In this document: positions 9,154-17,580 of the stretch, in pieces
Position numbering within the stretch: position 1 is the first letter of the stretch
How the letters are laid out: every line of letters begins with the position of its first letter
DNA from: Pseudomonadota bacterium
GTDB lineage: Bacteria > UBA10199 > 2-02-FULL-44-16 > DYJF01
Assembly: GCA_043823065.1 (NCBI GenBank)
Contig: JBDRBB010000012.1
Location: 1 to 27,165, forward strand
Length of the DNA stretch: 27,165 bases
Direction of reading: 5' to 3'
Made by a program: the position numbers and the translations under genes
Notes under the pieces: generated by a model
The model's database searches: none
Told to the model about the DNA's origin: nothing
What the model saw: the letters and a program-made list of their open reading frames with translations, nothing else

Positions 9154-12100
9154 ATGCTTCATTCCCCATTTGTCCATTTACATCTTCATACCTATTATAG
9201 CCTTTTAGACGGTGCCATTCCCATAGATATTCTGGGCCAAAAAGCCAAAGAATATAAAATGCCAGCTGTGGCCATGACTGATCATGGCAATTTGTTTGCA
9301 GCAGTGGAATTTTATGAAAAAATCCAAAATTGCGGGGTCAAACCAATAATTGGCTGTGAAATGTATCTTCTAACCAAGGGTTCCAGAAAGGAAAAAAAGC
9401 CAAAAGCTGAATCAGAAGGTTTTTTAAGTCACTTGGTTTTGCTGTGTAAAAATCGCCAAGGTTATAAGAATTTATGCCGCCTAATTTCTTCAAGTTATTT
9501 AGAGGGTTTTTATTATAAGCCAAGGATAGATAAAGAACTTTTGGAAGCACACACAGAAGGACTGATTTGCTTGTCAGCTTGTCTTAAAGGTGAAATCCCT
9601 AATGCCATACTTCAAGACAATTATGATTTAGCCAAACAAACTGCCCAATATTTTGCCCAAATTTTTCCAAATGATCGCTTTTACTTGGAGGTTCAAGATC
9701 AAGGTTTAGAAGGTCAGGACAAGATAAAAAAGGGGCTAATTGAACTAAGCAAAGATTTGGGAATTGGCTTGGTAGCAACCAATGATGTTCATTTTATGGC
9801 TCAACAAGATGCCTTGTGCCAAGATGCACTTTTATGCATTCAAACTGGCAAAACCTTGGATGACACCAAGCGCCTGAAATTTGATAGCGATCAGTTTTAT
9901 TTTAAATCCCCTCAAGAAATGAGCGAGCTTTTTAGCGATTGTCCAGAAGCAATTTCTAATAGCATTAGCATTGCCGAACGACTTAATTTGGAATTTGACT
10001 TTAAAACCTACCATTTTCCCAAATTTCTCCCTCCAGAAGGCCAGGAATTAGTGCCGCATTTAGAAAAGTTAACCTACCAGGGCTTGGAAGAACGCTGGCC
10101 GGTTATTTTAGCTACTCACAAGAAAACCAAGGATGAATTAAAAAAAGATTATGAAGATCGGATAAATATTGAACTTAACTTGATCAAGTCTATGGGATTT
10201 GCCAGCTATTTTTTAATTGTGGCTGATTTTATCAATTTTGCCAAAGAGCATGACGTTCCAGTTGGGCCAGGCCGCGGTTCTGCTGCTGGATCTTTAGTAG
10301 CCTATTGTTTGAAAATTACTGATATTGATCCTTTGGTGCATGGTCTGCTTTTTGAGCGCTTCTTAAATCCAGAACGAATTAGCATGCCTGATATGGATAT
10401 CGACTTTTGTATGCGCCGCCGAGACAAGGTAATTGAATATGTTTCTCAAAAATACGGCAATGTTTCCCAAATCATTACTTTTGGAAAAATGAAGGCCAGG
10501 GCAGCAGTGCGGGATGTGGGCAGGGTGATGGGTATTCCCTATGGTGAAGTTGACCGGATTGCCAAATTAATTCCAGCAACTTTAAACATGACTTTAGAGC
10601 AAGCCTTGCAAATTGAACCCCAAATCAAGGCTGCCATGAAAAAAGATGACCAAATAAACCGCTTAATTGAAATTGCGCGCTCTCTTGAAGGTTATCCTCG
10701 CCATGCTTCCACTCATGCCGCAGGAGTGGTGATTTCAGATCAGCCTTTAAGCGAATTTTTGCCCCTTTATTTAGGTCAACATGATGAAGTGGTTACTCAG
10801 TTTGATATGAAAGCAGTGGAAAAAATAGGCTTGGTAAAATTCGACTTTTTGGGCCTGAAAACTTTAACTGTGATTGATGATACTATCAAGTTAGTTGAAA
10901 AACGGCACAACAAAAAGATCGATATTTCTGCACTGCCAGTTGACGATGAATTGGTCTATAGCCAACTTTCCCAGGGAGATACAGCTGGCATCTTTCAGTT
11001 GGAAAGTTCAGGCATGACTGATCTGGTAATTAGGCTCAAACCCAATGTGTTTGCCGATTTGGTAGCTTTGGTAGCCTTGTTCCGCCCAGGTCCTCTGGGC
11101 AGCGGCATGGTGGATGATTTTATTGATCGCAAGCATGGCCGGAGAAAAATTCAATATGAATTGCCCCAGCTGGAATCCATTCTAAAAGATACTTACGGCG
11201 TAATTGTTTACCAGGAACAAGTTATGCAGATTGCTAATACAATTGCTGGCTATTCCTTAGGCGAAGCTGATATTTTGCGGCGGGCAATGGGCAAGAAAAA
11301 AGTTGAAGAAATGAAAAAGCAGCAAGAGCATTTTTTAGCTGGCGCTGCCAAAAATAAGATCTCCAAGCCCAAGGCTGAAAGGTTATTTGATTTAATTGCC
11401 AAGTTTGCTGAATATGGTTTTAATAAATCACATTCAGCTGCCTATGCCTTGCTGGCCTATCAAACCGCCTATCTGAAATTTCATTATCCTACAGAATTTA
11501 TGGCTGCATTAATGACCAGTGAAAAAGATAATGCAGATAAGATTTTGCAATATGTTAGTGATTGCAAGAATCGTAATATTCAAATCCTGCCGCCTGATGT
11601 TAATGAAAGCGAACGCGATTTTTCTTCTGTTGCAAATAACGTGATCAGGTTTGGTTTGGCTGCTGTTAAAAATGTGGGAGAGGGAGCAATTGAAAATATT
11701 GTTTTAGCAAGAAACTCTCAAGGCTCATTTAAAACTTTATTTGATTTTTGTGAAAGAGTTGATTCTAGAAAAGTTAATAAGAGAACCATTGAAAGTTTGA
11801 TTAAATGCGGCGCTTTTGATTCCTTGGAAGGCACCAGAGCAGCGCAGATGGCTTCTTTGGACCGGGCTATGGAGCTAGCCTATTCCAGACAGCGAGATCA
11901 ACAGGCAGGACAGGCTCGTTTATTTGATTTATTAGGAGAAGCCCAAGAGCAGCCTAAATTAGAAGATGTCCCTCCTTGGCCTGAGCGAGAAATGTTGTCC
12001 TGTGAAAAAGAAACCCTGGGTTTTTACATTACGGGTCATCCTTTAATGCAATATGAACAACTCATGGAACAATATTCCACAGTAAACTCCGTGACCGTTT

Positions 12101-12627
12101 CTGAAGCTAAAGACAAACAAGAAGTTCGTTTGGGCGGAGTTTGTGTTAAGTTAAGAGAAATTACCACCAAGCGTGGCAATTTAATGGCGTTTGTCACTTT
12201 GGAAGACCTGAAAGGCGCTGTGGAAGTAGTGGTGTTTTCTGATGTATATCAAGAAAGCAGCGCTTTGATTAAAGCTGGTGATAAACCAATGTTTGTAATT
12301 GGTCAGGCAGATGTTGATGGTGAAACGGCGAAGGTCATTGCTAATGAGATTTTTCCTTTAGAAGAGGTTGCCCAAAGGTTAACTAAAAGCGTGCATTTCT
12401 TCTTGCATCAAGCTGAGATCGATTCTAATCACCTAGCACAATTAAAAAATGTTCTAGGTCGCTATAAGGGTGGGTGTCCGGCCTATTTACATTTTATTGA
12501 ACCAGAAAAAAGCGAAACTATTTTGGCTTTGCCTGATAATCTTAGACTTGCTCCTTCTACAAATTTAGTAGCTGACGTTAAAAAACTTTTCGGTCATAAT
12601 ATAACCAAATTTATGTCTCGTGTTTAA
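9154..12627 (+). CDS. dnaE: DNA polymerase III alpha subunit
   Basis: PHP motifs HLHLHTYYSLLDG, TDHGN, NDVHF; GPGRGSAAGS; PDMDIDF; KFDFLGL; YGFNKSHSAAY; OB fold. Confidence 0.98.
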   Translation: MLHSPFVHLHLHTYYSLLDGAIPIDILGQKAKEYKMPAVAMTDHGNLFAAVEFYEKIQNCGVKPIIGCEMYLLTKGSRKEKKPKAESEGFLSHLVLLCKNRQGYKNLCRLISSSYLEGFYYKPRIDKELLEAHTEGLICLSACLKGEIPNAILQDNYDLAKQTAQYFAQIFPNDRFYLEVQDQGLEGQDKIKKGLIELSKDLGIGLVATNDVHFMAQQDALCQDALLCIQTGKTLDDTKRLKFDSDQFYFKSPQEMSELFSDCPEAISNSISIAERLNLEFDFKTYHFPKFLPPEGQELVPHLEKLTYQGLEERWPVILATHKKTKDELKKDYEDRINIELNLIKSMGFASYFLIVADFINFAKEHDVPVGPGRGSAAGSLVAYCLKITDIDPLVHGLLFERFLNPERISMPDMDIDFCMRRRDKVIEYVSQKYGNVSQIITFGKMKARAAVRDVGRVMGIPYGEVDRIAKLIPATLNMTLEQALQIEPQIKAAMKKDDQINRLIEIARSLEGYPRHASTHAAGVVISDQPLSEFLPLYLGQHDEVVTQFDMKAVEKIGLVKFDFLGLKTLTVIDDTIKLVEKRHNKKIDISALPVDDELVYSQLSQGDTAGIFQLESSGMTDLVIRLKPNVFADLVALVALFRPGPLGSGMVDDFIDRKHGRRKIQYELPQLESILKDTYGVIVYQEQVMQIANTIAGYSLGEADILRRAMGKKKVEEMKKQQEHFLAGAAKNKISKPKAERLFDLIAKFAEYGFNKSHSAAYALLAYQTAYLKFHYPTEFMAALMTSEKDNADKILQYVSDCKNRNIQILPPDVNESERDFSSVANNVIRFGLAAVKNVGEGAIENIVLARNSQGSFKTLFDFCERVDSRKVNKRTIESLIKCGAFDSLEGTRAAQMASLDRAMELAYSRQRDQQAGQARLFDLLGEAQEQPKLEDVPPWPEREMLSCEKETLGFYITGHPLMQYEQLMEQYSTVNSVTVSEAKDKQEVRLGGVCVKLREITTKRGNLMAFVTLEDLKGAVEVVVFSDVYQESSALIKAGDKPMFVIGQADVDGETAKVIANEIFPLEEVAQRLTKSVHFFLHQAEIDSNHLAQLKNVLGRYKGGCPAYLHFIEPEKSETILALPDNLRLAPSTNLVADVKKLFGHNITKFMSRV

Positions 12628-12638
12628 TATTCTAAAAA

Positions 12639-13907
12639 ATGAAGCAATATAGAACTCAAATTCAGCGCAAGGCAGATCGTGTATTAGTAGTTGGTATTGG
12701 CCGTCCTGGATTGACGCGTCAGCAAATGATGCTTTCTTTGGAAGAGTTGGTTGATTTAGTGCATACTGCAGGCGGGCAAGTTGTGGGCTCCACTTATCAA
12801 GATTTAAAAAGAATTGATCCAGCGACTTTTATTGGGAAAGGCAAGGTGCAGGATATCGCAGCACTGGTTCAAGAAACTCAAGCAGATTTGGTTGTTTTAG
12901 ATGAAGAGATCTCGCCAATTCAAAATAGAAATTTGGAAGATCAGCTTAAGGTCTATGTTTTGGATCGCACCGCAGTTATTTTAGATATTTTTGCCATGCG
13001 GGCGCGCACCAGTGAAGGTCAATTGCAAGTTGAATTAGCGCAGTTGGAATATTTAGCCCCTCGCTTAGTGGGAAGAGGTAAGATGCTCTCTCAACAAACC
13101 GGTGGAATTGGTACGCGCGGACCTGGTGAAACCCAGTTGGAATATGACCGTCGCCGCATTCGCGATCGCATCACGCATTTAAAAAGAGACATAGAGCGGG
13201 TTAGGGGTTCTCGGGAGATATACCGAGCCAAGAGACAAGCTGTACCCATACCTTTAGTGGCAATTGTCGGTTATACCAATGCAGGCAAATCTACCTTAAT
13301 GAATCAACTCACCAAGGCCAATTTGTTTGTGGAAGATAAACTCTTTGCAACTTTAGATCCAACCGTGCGCAGACTGCGCCTGCCTTCTGGCCGAGAAATT
13401 CTTTTGGCTGATACAGTGGGCTTTATCAGGCGTCTGCCTCATCAACTGGTTGCTGCTTTTAAGGCAACTTTTGAGGAAATTTCATTTGCTGATCTAATTG
13501 TGGAAATCATTGATTGCGCAGATCCAGACGCGCCACAACAGCGCCAAGTTGTAGATGAGGTTTTAACTGAAATGCGCTTGAATAATAAACCCCATCTGAT
13601 CGTATTGAATAAAACTGATCTGCCTGAAAAATATATGAGCAGCCAAGAAGGAATTTCTATTTCGGCTTTAAAAGCCAAGGGCCTTGAATTATTAATTGAT
13701 AAAATTGATGAGAGCTTAAGACAATGTTTTCATCGTTTAAAATTAAAATTGCCTTATGCAGAAGGACATATTTTATCAACTATCTACAGAATAGGGCACG
13801 TGTTTGAAGCCAAGCATGAGGATGAATATATTTATGTGGATTGCGAGCTGCCAGATAAGTATAGGCAGAAGTATAGGAAATATCAGTTGTCATTGCGAGG
13901 AGCGTGA
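12639..13907 (+). CDS. hflX: GTPase HflX
   Basis: RGPGETQLEYDRR, GYTNAGKST, LFATLDPT, DTVGFI, NKTD. Confidence 0.97.
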   Translation: MKQYRTQIQRKADRVLVVGIGRPGLTRQQMMLSLEELVDLVHTAGGQVVGSTYQDLKRIDPATFIGKGKVQDIAALVQETQADLVVLDEEISPIQNRNLEDQLKVYVLDRTAVILDIFAMRARTSEGQLQVELAQLEYLAPRLVGRGKMLSQQTGGIGTRGPGETQLEYDRRRIRDRITHLKRDIERVRGSREIYRAKRQAVPIPLVAIVGYTNAGKSTLMNQLTKANLFVEDKLFATLDPTVRRLRLPSGREILLADTVGFIRRLPHQLVAAFKATFEEISFADLIVEIIDCADPDAPQQRQVVDEVLTEMRLNNKPHLIVLNKTDLPEKYMSSQEGISISALKAKGLELLIDKIDESLRQCFHRLKLKLPYAEGHILSTIYRIGHVFEAKHEDEYIYVDCELPDKYRQKYRKYQLSLRGA

Positions 13908-13932
13908 GCTTCGAAGCAATCCCCGCGATGAC
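13889..13932. repeat. Degenerate GTCATTGCGAG...GAAGCAATC...CGCGATGAC palindromic repeat overlapping the hflX stop
   Basis: Ends GTCATTGCG / CGCGATGAC pair with one G:U; shares the GTCAT...ATGAC ends of the other REP-like units. Confidence 0.65.
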
Positions 13933-13978
13933 GATCTAACTTGTCTTAAGCAAAAAAATAATGTAGTTATATGAAGTT

Positions 13979-14566
13979 ATGAACGTAGCCAATCTTTTAA
14001 CAATCACCCGCCTAATTCTTACCCCAGTTTTTATTGTAGCTTTTATTTTAAAAGAACCTGGTTTAGCGATTTTAATTTTTAGCGTAGCTGGTTTTACAGA
14101 CCTTATTGACGGCACTGTAGCCCGTTTGCTTAATCAACCCTCAACTCAGGGCGCACTGTTAGATCCCTTAGCAGATAAATTTTTAGTCCAATCCTGCTTT
14201 ATCTGTCTTTTGATAGCAGGTGTTTTACCCTGGTGGTTTTTTCTCATTGCTTTAGCTAGAGATTTAATAATCGTAAGTGGTATTATCTATTTGGAATATC
14301 ATCGTTGCCAGTTGCCATATCGGGCAATTTGGCCGTCTAAATTTGCCACTTTATTTCAGATCACAGTGGCTGTAGCAGGTTTACTCATGTGGTGGCAACC
14401 AAGCATTACCATAGCTTCTTTATCAATGATCTATATTTTTTGGGCGGCTATAGCTATCTCTGCAATTTTAATTGTGATTAGTGGTATTCAGTATGTTATA
14501 ATTGGTCTAGATATATATTCAAGAGGTAGCAAGCTTGAGTCGTCCAAAGATAAAATTAGCAGTTAG
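13979..14566 (+). CDS. CDP-alcohol phosphatidyltransferase (PgsA/cardiolipin synthase-like)
   Basis: ANLLTITR and signature DLIDGTVARLLNQPSTQGALLDPLADK; multiple hydrophobic helices. Confidence 0.92.
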   Translation: MNVANLLTITRLILTPVFIVAFILKEPGLAILIFSVAGFTDLIDGTVARLLNQPSTQGALLDPLADKFLVQSCFICLLIAGVLPWWFFLIALARDLIIVSGIIYLEYHRCQLPYRAIWPSKFATLFQITVAVAGLLMWWQPSITIASLSMIYIFWAAIAISAILIVISGIQYVIIGLDIYSRGSKLESSKDKISS

Positions 14567-15620
14567 TGATTTTCATTTAGGCAAAGGCGCTTTTTTGCCT
14601 AATGGCAATAGAAATTATCTGGAAGATTTTTTTTATGATCAACGTTTTGTTGAATTTTTGGAATATTATAGCTCAGATAAATATGAAAAAGCAGATGTAG
14701 AATTGGTTATTTGCGGCGATTTTTTTAATCAACTTCAAGTAGATCCCTTAGAAATTAATCCCCAAATTATTACAGAACGAGTGGCTTTGGCGCGTACTGG
14801 CGCAATTATGCATGGTCATGTCAAGGTGTTTGAAGCCTTAAAATTTTTTGCAGCCAAACCAAATCACAAAATCACTTTTTTGATCGGCAATCATGACATT
14901 GGTTTGCTTTGGCCATCGGTCAGGCACTTGGTTGAAGAACGAATAGGTGGACAAACAAAAGTATATACAGAACCGCGTTATATTGTGGACCAGGTTTGTT
15001 TTGAACATGGCAATCAGCATTGCGCTGAAAACTGGATTGATTTTGAGCATCCTTTTCTAAAAGGTAATAATGAACCAATCATTAATTTACCCTGGGGTGA
15101 TTTATTTGTGATTCATTTTCTAAATAAAGTAAAACGCGCTCGTCCATATGCAGATAAGGTTTTTCCATTTAAACTTTATTTTCGTTGGGCGTTGTTTCAT
15201 GACACTCGTTTTGCTTTAAGTGTTGCGGCTCAGGGAATTTCCTATTTTTTCAAGGTGTTGTTTAAAATTGGCGATCACAATCGTTTTAGCCTGAAAAAAA
15301 CTTACAAGATCGTAAAGGAATTTTCCTTTCCAATCAAAATGGATAAAGCAGCCAAGAAAGTGTTGAACGAACATCCAGAGTGCAAGGTTGTGGTTTTTGG
15401 CCATGGCCACCGTCCTGCAGCTAGATTGTTTCAAGATGGTCGGGAATATTTTAACATCGGTATTTGGAATGAGATGATTAATTTGGATATTGGCACAATG
15501 GGTCGTCTTTTGCGACTAACCTTTGTGGAAATCAATTATGATAAAGAAGGAACTCCCCATGGTATGCTCAGAGAATGGAAGGGTAAATACCGGGAAGTTG
15601 AGGAAATGGTTTTGGTGTAA
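14535..15620 (+). CDS. Calcineurin-like metallophosphoesterase (LpxH-related superfamily)
   Basis: SDFHLG, GDFF, GNHD, EHG and GHGH motifs; TTG start overlapping the upstream gene. Confidence 0.85.
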   Translation: MSRPKIKLAVSDFHLGKGAFLPNGNRNYLEDFFYDQRFVEFLEYYSSDKYEKADVELVICGDFFNQLQVDPLEINPQIITERVALARTGAIMHGHVKVFEALKFFAAKPNHKITFLIGNHDIGLLWPSVRHLVEERIGGQTKVYTEPRYIVDQVCFEHGNQHCAENWIDFEHPFLKGNNEPIINLPWGDLFVIHFLNKVKRARPYADKVFPFKLYFRWALFHDTRFALSVAAQGISYFFKVLFKIGDHNRFSLKKTYKIVKEFSFPIKMDKAAKKVLNEHPECKVVVFGHGHRPAARLFQDGREYFNIGIWNEMINLDIGTMGRLLRLTFVEINYDKEGTPHGMLREWKGKYREVEEMVLV

Positions 15621-15622
15621 AA

Positions 15623-16243
15623 ATGAAAGTTGTTGATTTAGGTTTAATTTCCTATCAAAAGGCATGGCAGCTCCAGCAAGAATTGCTTCAAGATCGTATA
15701 GCCAATAAAATTCCTGACACCCTGTTATTACTAGAACATCCGCCGGTTTTTACTTTGGGCAAAAGAGATTGCTCAGAAGATATTATATCCACGCCTGAAG
15801 TAATTGCTGCTGACGGCATTGAGATTATTCAGGCTAATCGTGGCGGTAGAATAACTTATCATGGTCCAGGACAACTTGTTGGCTATTTTATATTTAAAAT
15901 TAACCAATGGGGTGTAAAAAAATTTGTTTGGTTGTTGGAAGAAGCCTGTCTAAAAACCCTGGCTGAATATCATATTCAGGGAGAGCGCGACCTAGAACAT
16001 CCAGGTATTTGGTTTGGTAAAAACAAAATTGCAGCAATTGGTTTGCACGTAAATAACAATGTCACTCAACATGGGCTCGCCATTAATGTAGCCTGCAATT
16101 TAAATCATTACAGGCATATAATAGCGTGTGGAATCAAGGATCGTGGGCAAACATCCATCCATTACCTATTGGGCAATGCACCAAAGATAAGTGAGGTAAA
16201 ACAAAAGTTAATTAAATGGATTGAAATTTTAACTAAAAGTTAG
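15623..16243 (+). CDS. lipB: Lipoyl(octanoyl) transferase
   Basis: LLEHPPVFTLG, RGGRITYHGPGQLVGY, KIAAIG, HGLAINV, IIACG. Confidence 0.96.
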   Translation: MKVVDLGLISYQKAWQLQQELLQDRIANKIPDTLLLLEHPPVFTLGKRDCSEDIISTPEVIAADGIEIIQANRGGRITYHGPGQLVGYFIFKINQWGVKKFVWLLEEACLKTLAEYHIQGERDLEHPGIWFGKNKIAAIGLHVNNNVTQHGLAINVACNLNHYRHIIACGIKDRGQTSIHYLLGNAPKISEVKQKLIKWIEILTKS

Positions 16244-16405
16244 AGAGCCTTCTGACTTTTCATCATCTTCAATTTCAATAAATTCAACATTTCCCTGCTC
16301 ATCAGACAGGCTTTTAAGATAGCTGTGATAATCTTTTTCTGAGATGAGTCCTTTGCGCAGATATGCTTCCAGGGTTCTGAGATCAAATTCGCGGTCTTTG
16401 TTCAT
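16229..16405 (-). CDS. Small hypothetical protein (58 aa), probably co-transcribed with the diadenylate cyclase
   Basis: ATG 16405 follows purine-rich GAAAGGAA; sequence FDLRTLEAYLRKGLISEKDYHSYLKSLSD looks protein-like. Confidence 0.7.
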   Translation of the reverse strand: MNKDREFDLRTLEAYLRKGLISEKDYHSYLKSLSDEQGNVEFIEIEDDEKSEGSLTFS

Positions 16406-16424
16406 ATGAAATTTTGTTCCTTTC

Positions 16425-17324
16425 TTAAGCTTTACTAGGCCCTTTTTCAATGTGCATTAGAATTTTACCGTCTTTGAAAATTCTGACATCCCCAGAGGAC
16501 TCTGAGATAACAAAAGCAATTGCTTTGGTCAAGGCTGTGATTCCGGCTGCGGCAATATGTCTGCTGCCCAAGCCTCGGGGGAGGGTGGATTCATCAATAG
16601 CTGCCCCAAGATAACGACCAGAGGTAAGAATGGTGCCATCATCACCAATGATAAATGCCCCATCCATAGCGGCAAATTCACGCACAGTTTCTTTTAGGGA
16701 AGCGTTCATAATATTGCGATCATCAACCTCATAGCCCTTAAACGGGTTCATAATCATTTGTTTGCTAAGCTGCAGAACCTTTTCATGGTCACCTAGCACA
16801 AAGATTGTGCCCACTGGTTTTCCTTCTCTTCCTTTATCTGCCAGCTCAACCACCAGGTTTAACACGGTTTGAAATAATTCAGGTTTAACAGCTTCGGCCA
16901 GTTTAGTGAGCCCTTTACCAGTGATAATATCTGACTCGCGCCCTGTATCTACAATGTGAATAAGATCCAATGCACCAGTATTGCTTGGTCCCACGCAAAA
17001 AACAACTTTATCACCTGAATTAATAATATCTTGTGAAAGGGCCAGAGTAGTGGCCAATTTAATTAAAGCAATCCGGGTTACCTGGATTTTAGGCAAAATA
17101 ATGGTGGATTTGGCATGAAAAGCCAGGTTTTTAAGATCTTCACCATTGGTTTCAAATTTACGACCTTTGGAACGGGCAACTAAAACAATTTTTTGGCTCT
17201 TAGGAATACGGTCCTCATAGATCAAGTCATCTAAAGGATCAGCATGGATAACTACAGCCTTAGCCTTAACTTTGCTGGCAAACTTAAACGCAGTCTTGAT
17301 TAACATGACATTTTCTTTGAACAT
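16425..17324 (-). CDS. Soluble diadenylate cyclase (DisA_N/DAC domain, DacZ-like architecture)
   Basis: GREGKPVGTIFVLGD, catalytic MDGAFII, GLGSRHIAAAGIT, ISESSG; no membrane segments. Start uncertain (17330/17324/17306). Confidence 0.88.
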   Translation of the reverse strand: MFKENVMLIKTAFKFASKVKAKAVVIHADPLDDLIYEDRIPKSQKIVLVARSKGRKFETNGEDLKNLAFHAKSTIILPKIQVTRIALIKLATTLALSQDIINSGDKVVFCVGPSNTGALDLIHIVDTGRESDIITGKGLTKLAEAVKPELFQTVLNLVVELADKGREGKPVGTIFVLGDHEKVLQLSKQMIMNPFKGYEVDDRNIMNASLKETVREFAAMDGAFIIGDDGTILTSGRYLGAAIDESTLPRGLGSRHIAAAGITALTKAIAFVISESSGDVRIFKDGKILMHIEKGPSKA

Positions 17325-17363
17325 AGCCAAATATAACTATCTTATTTTAGTAATAAATTCAAC

Positions 17364-17518
17364 TTATAAGTTGCGTAGGCGAGTTTTGCTGAGCAGCCGT
17401 GCGTGCGAGCCATAACAGCAGCCTATATGACATGGCGAGCGAAGAACGCTTCCAAAATTTCTGGCGCATGAGGAAATTTTGGATTTAGCGAAGTGACATC
17501 CGCCTACGCGACTTATAA
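17364..17518. other. 155-nt GC-rich structured element (MITE-like palindrome or ncRNA) between divergent genes
   Basis: Terminal stem TTATAAGTTGCGTAGGCG / CGCCTACGCGACTTATAA (17/18 plus one G:U); internal perfect 11-bp stem 17451-17461 / 17473-17483. Confidence 0.7.
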
Positions 17519-17544
17519 AAGTTCTTTGCTTATACCTTGTTTAA

Positions 17545-17573
17545 TTGACGTGGATTTGGTTGTCGTGTAAATT
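17545..17573 (+). promoter_or_regulatory. Putative sigma-70 promoter for dsbD (TTGACG-17-TAAATT), 7 nt before the ATG
   Basis: Canonical spacing; no SD before ATG 17581. Confidence 0.55.
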
Positions 17574-17580
17574 GAGTTTT

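Noticed and set aside
9154..12627. Intein or split in dnaE
   Set aside because: 1157 aa is an ordinary length, motifs are contiguous, and no intein splice motifs were seen.
17364..17518. c-di-AMP (ydaO) riboswitch upstream of the diadenylate cyclase
   Set aside because: I could not find the ydaO conserved motifs on either strand, and the element lies upstream of the predicted DAC promoter; cmscan would be decisive.
17545..17580. TTG start for dsbD given in the ORF track
   Set aside because: That TTG is the predicted -35 hexamer; ATG 17581 begins a typical signal peptide.
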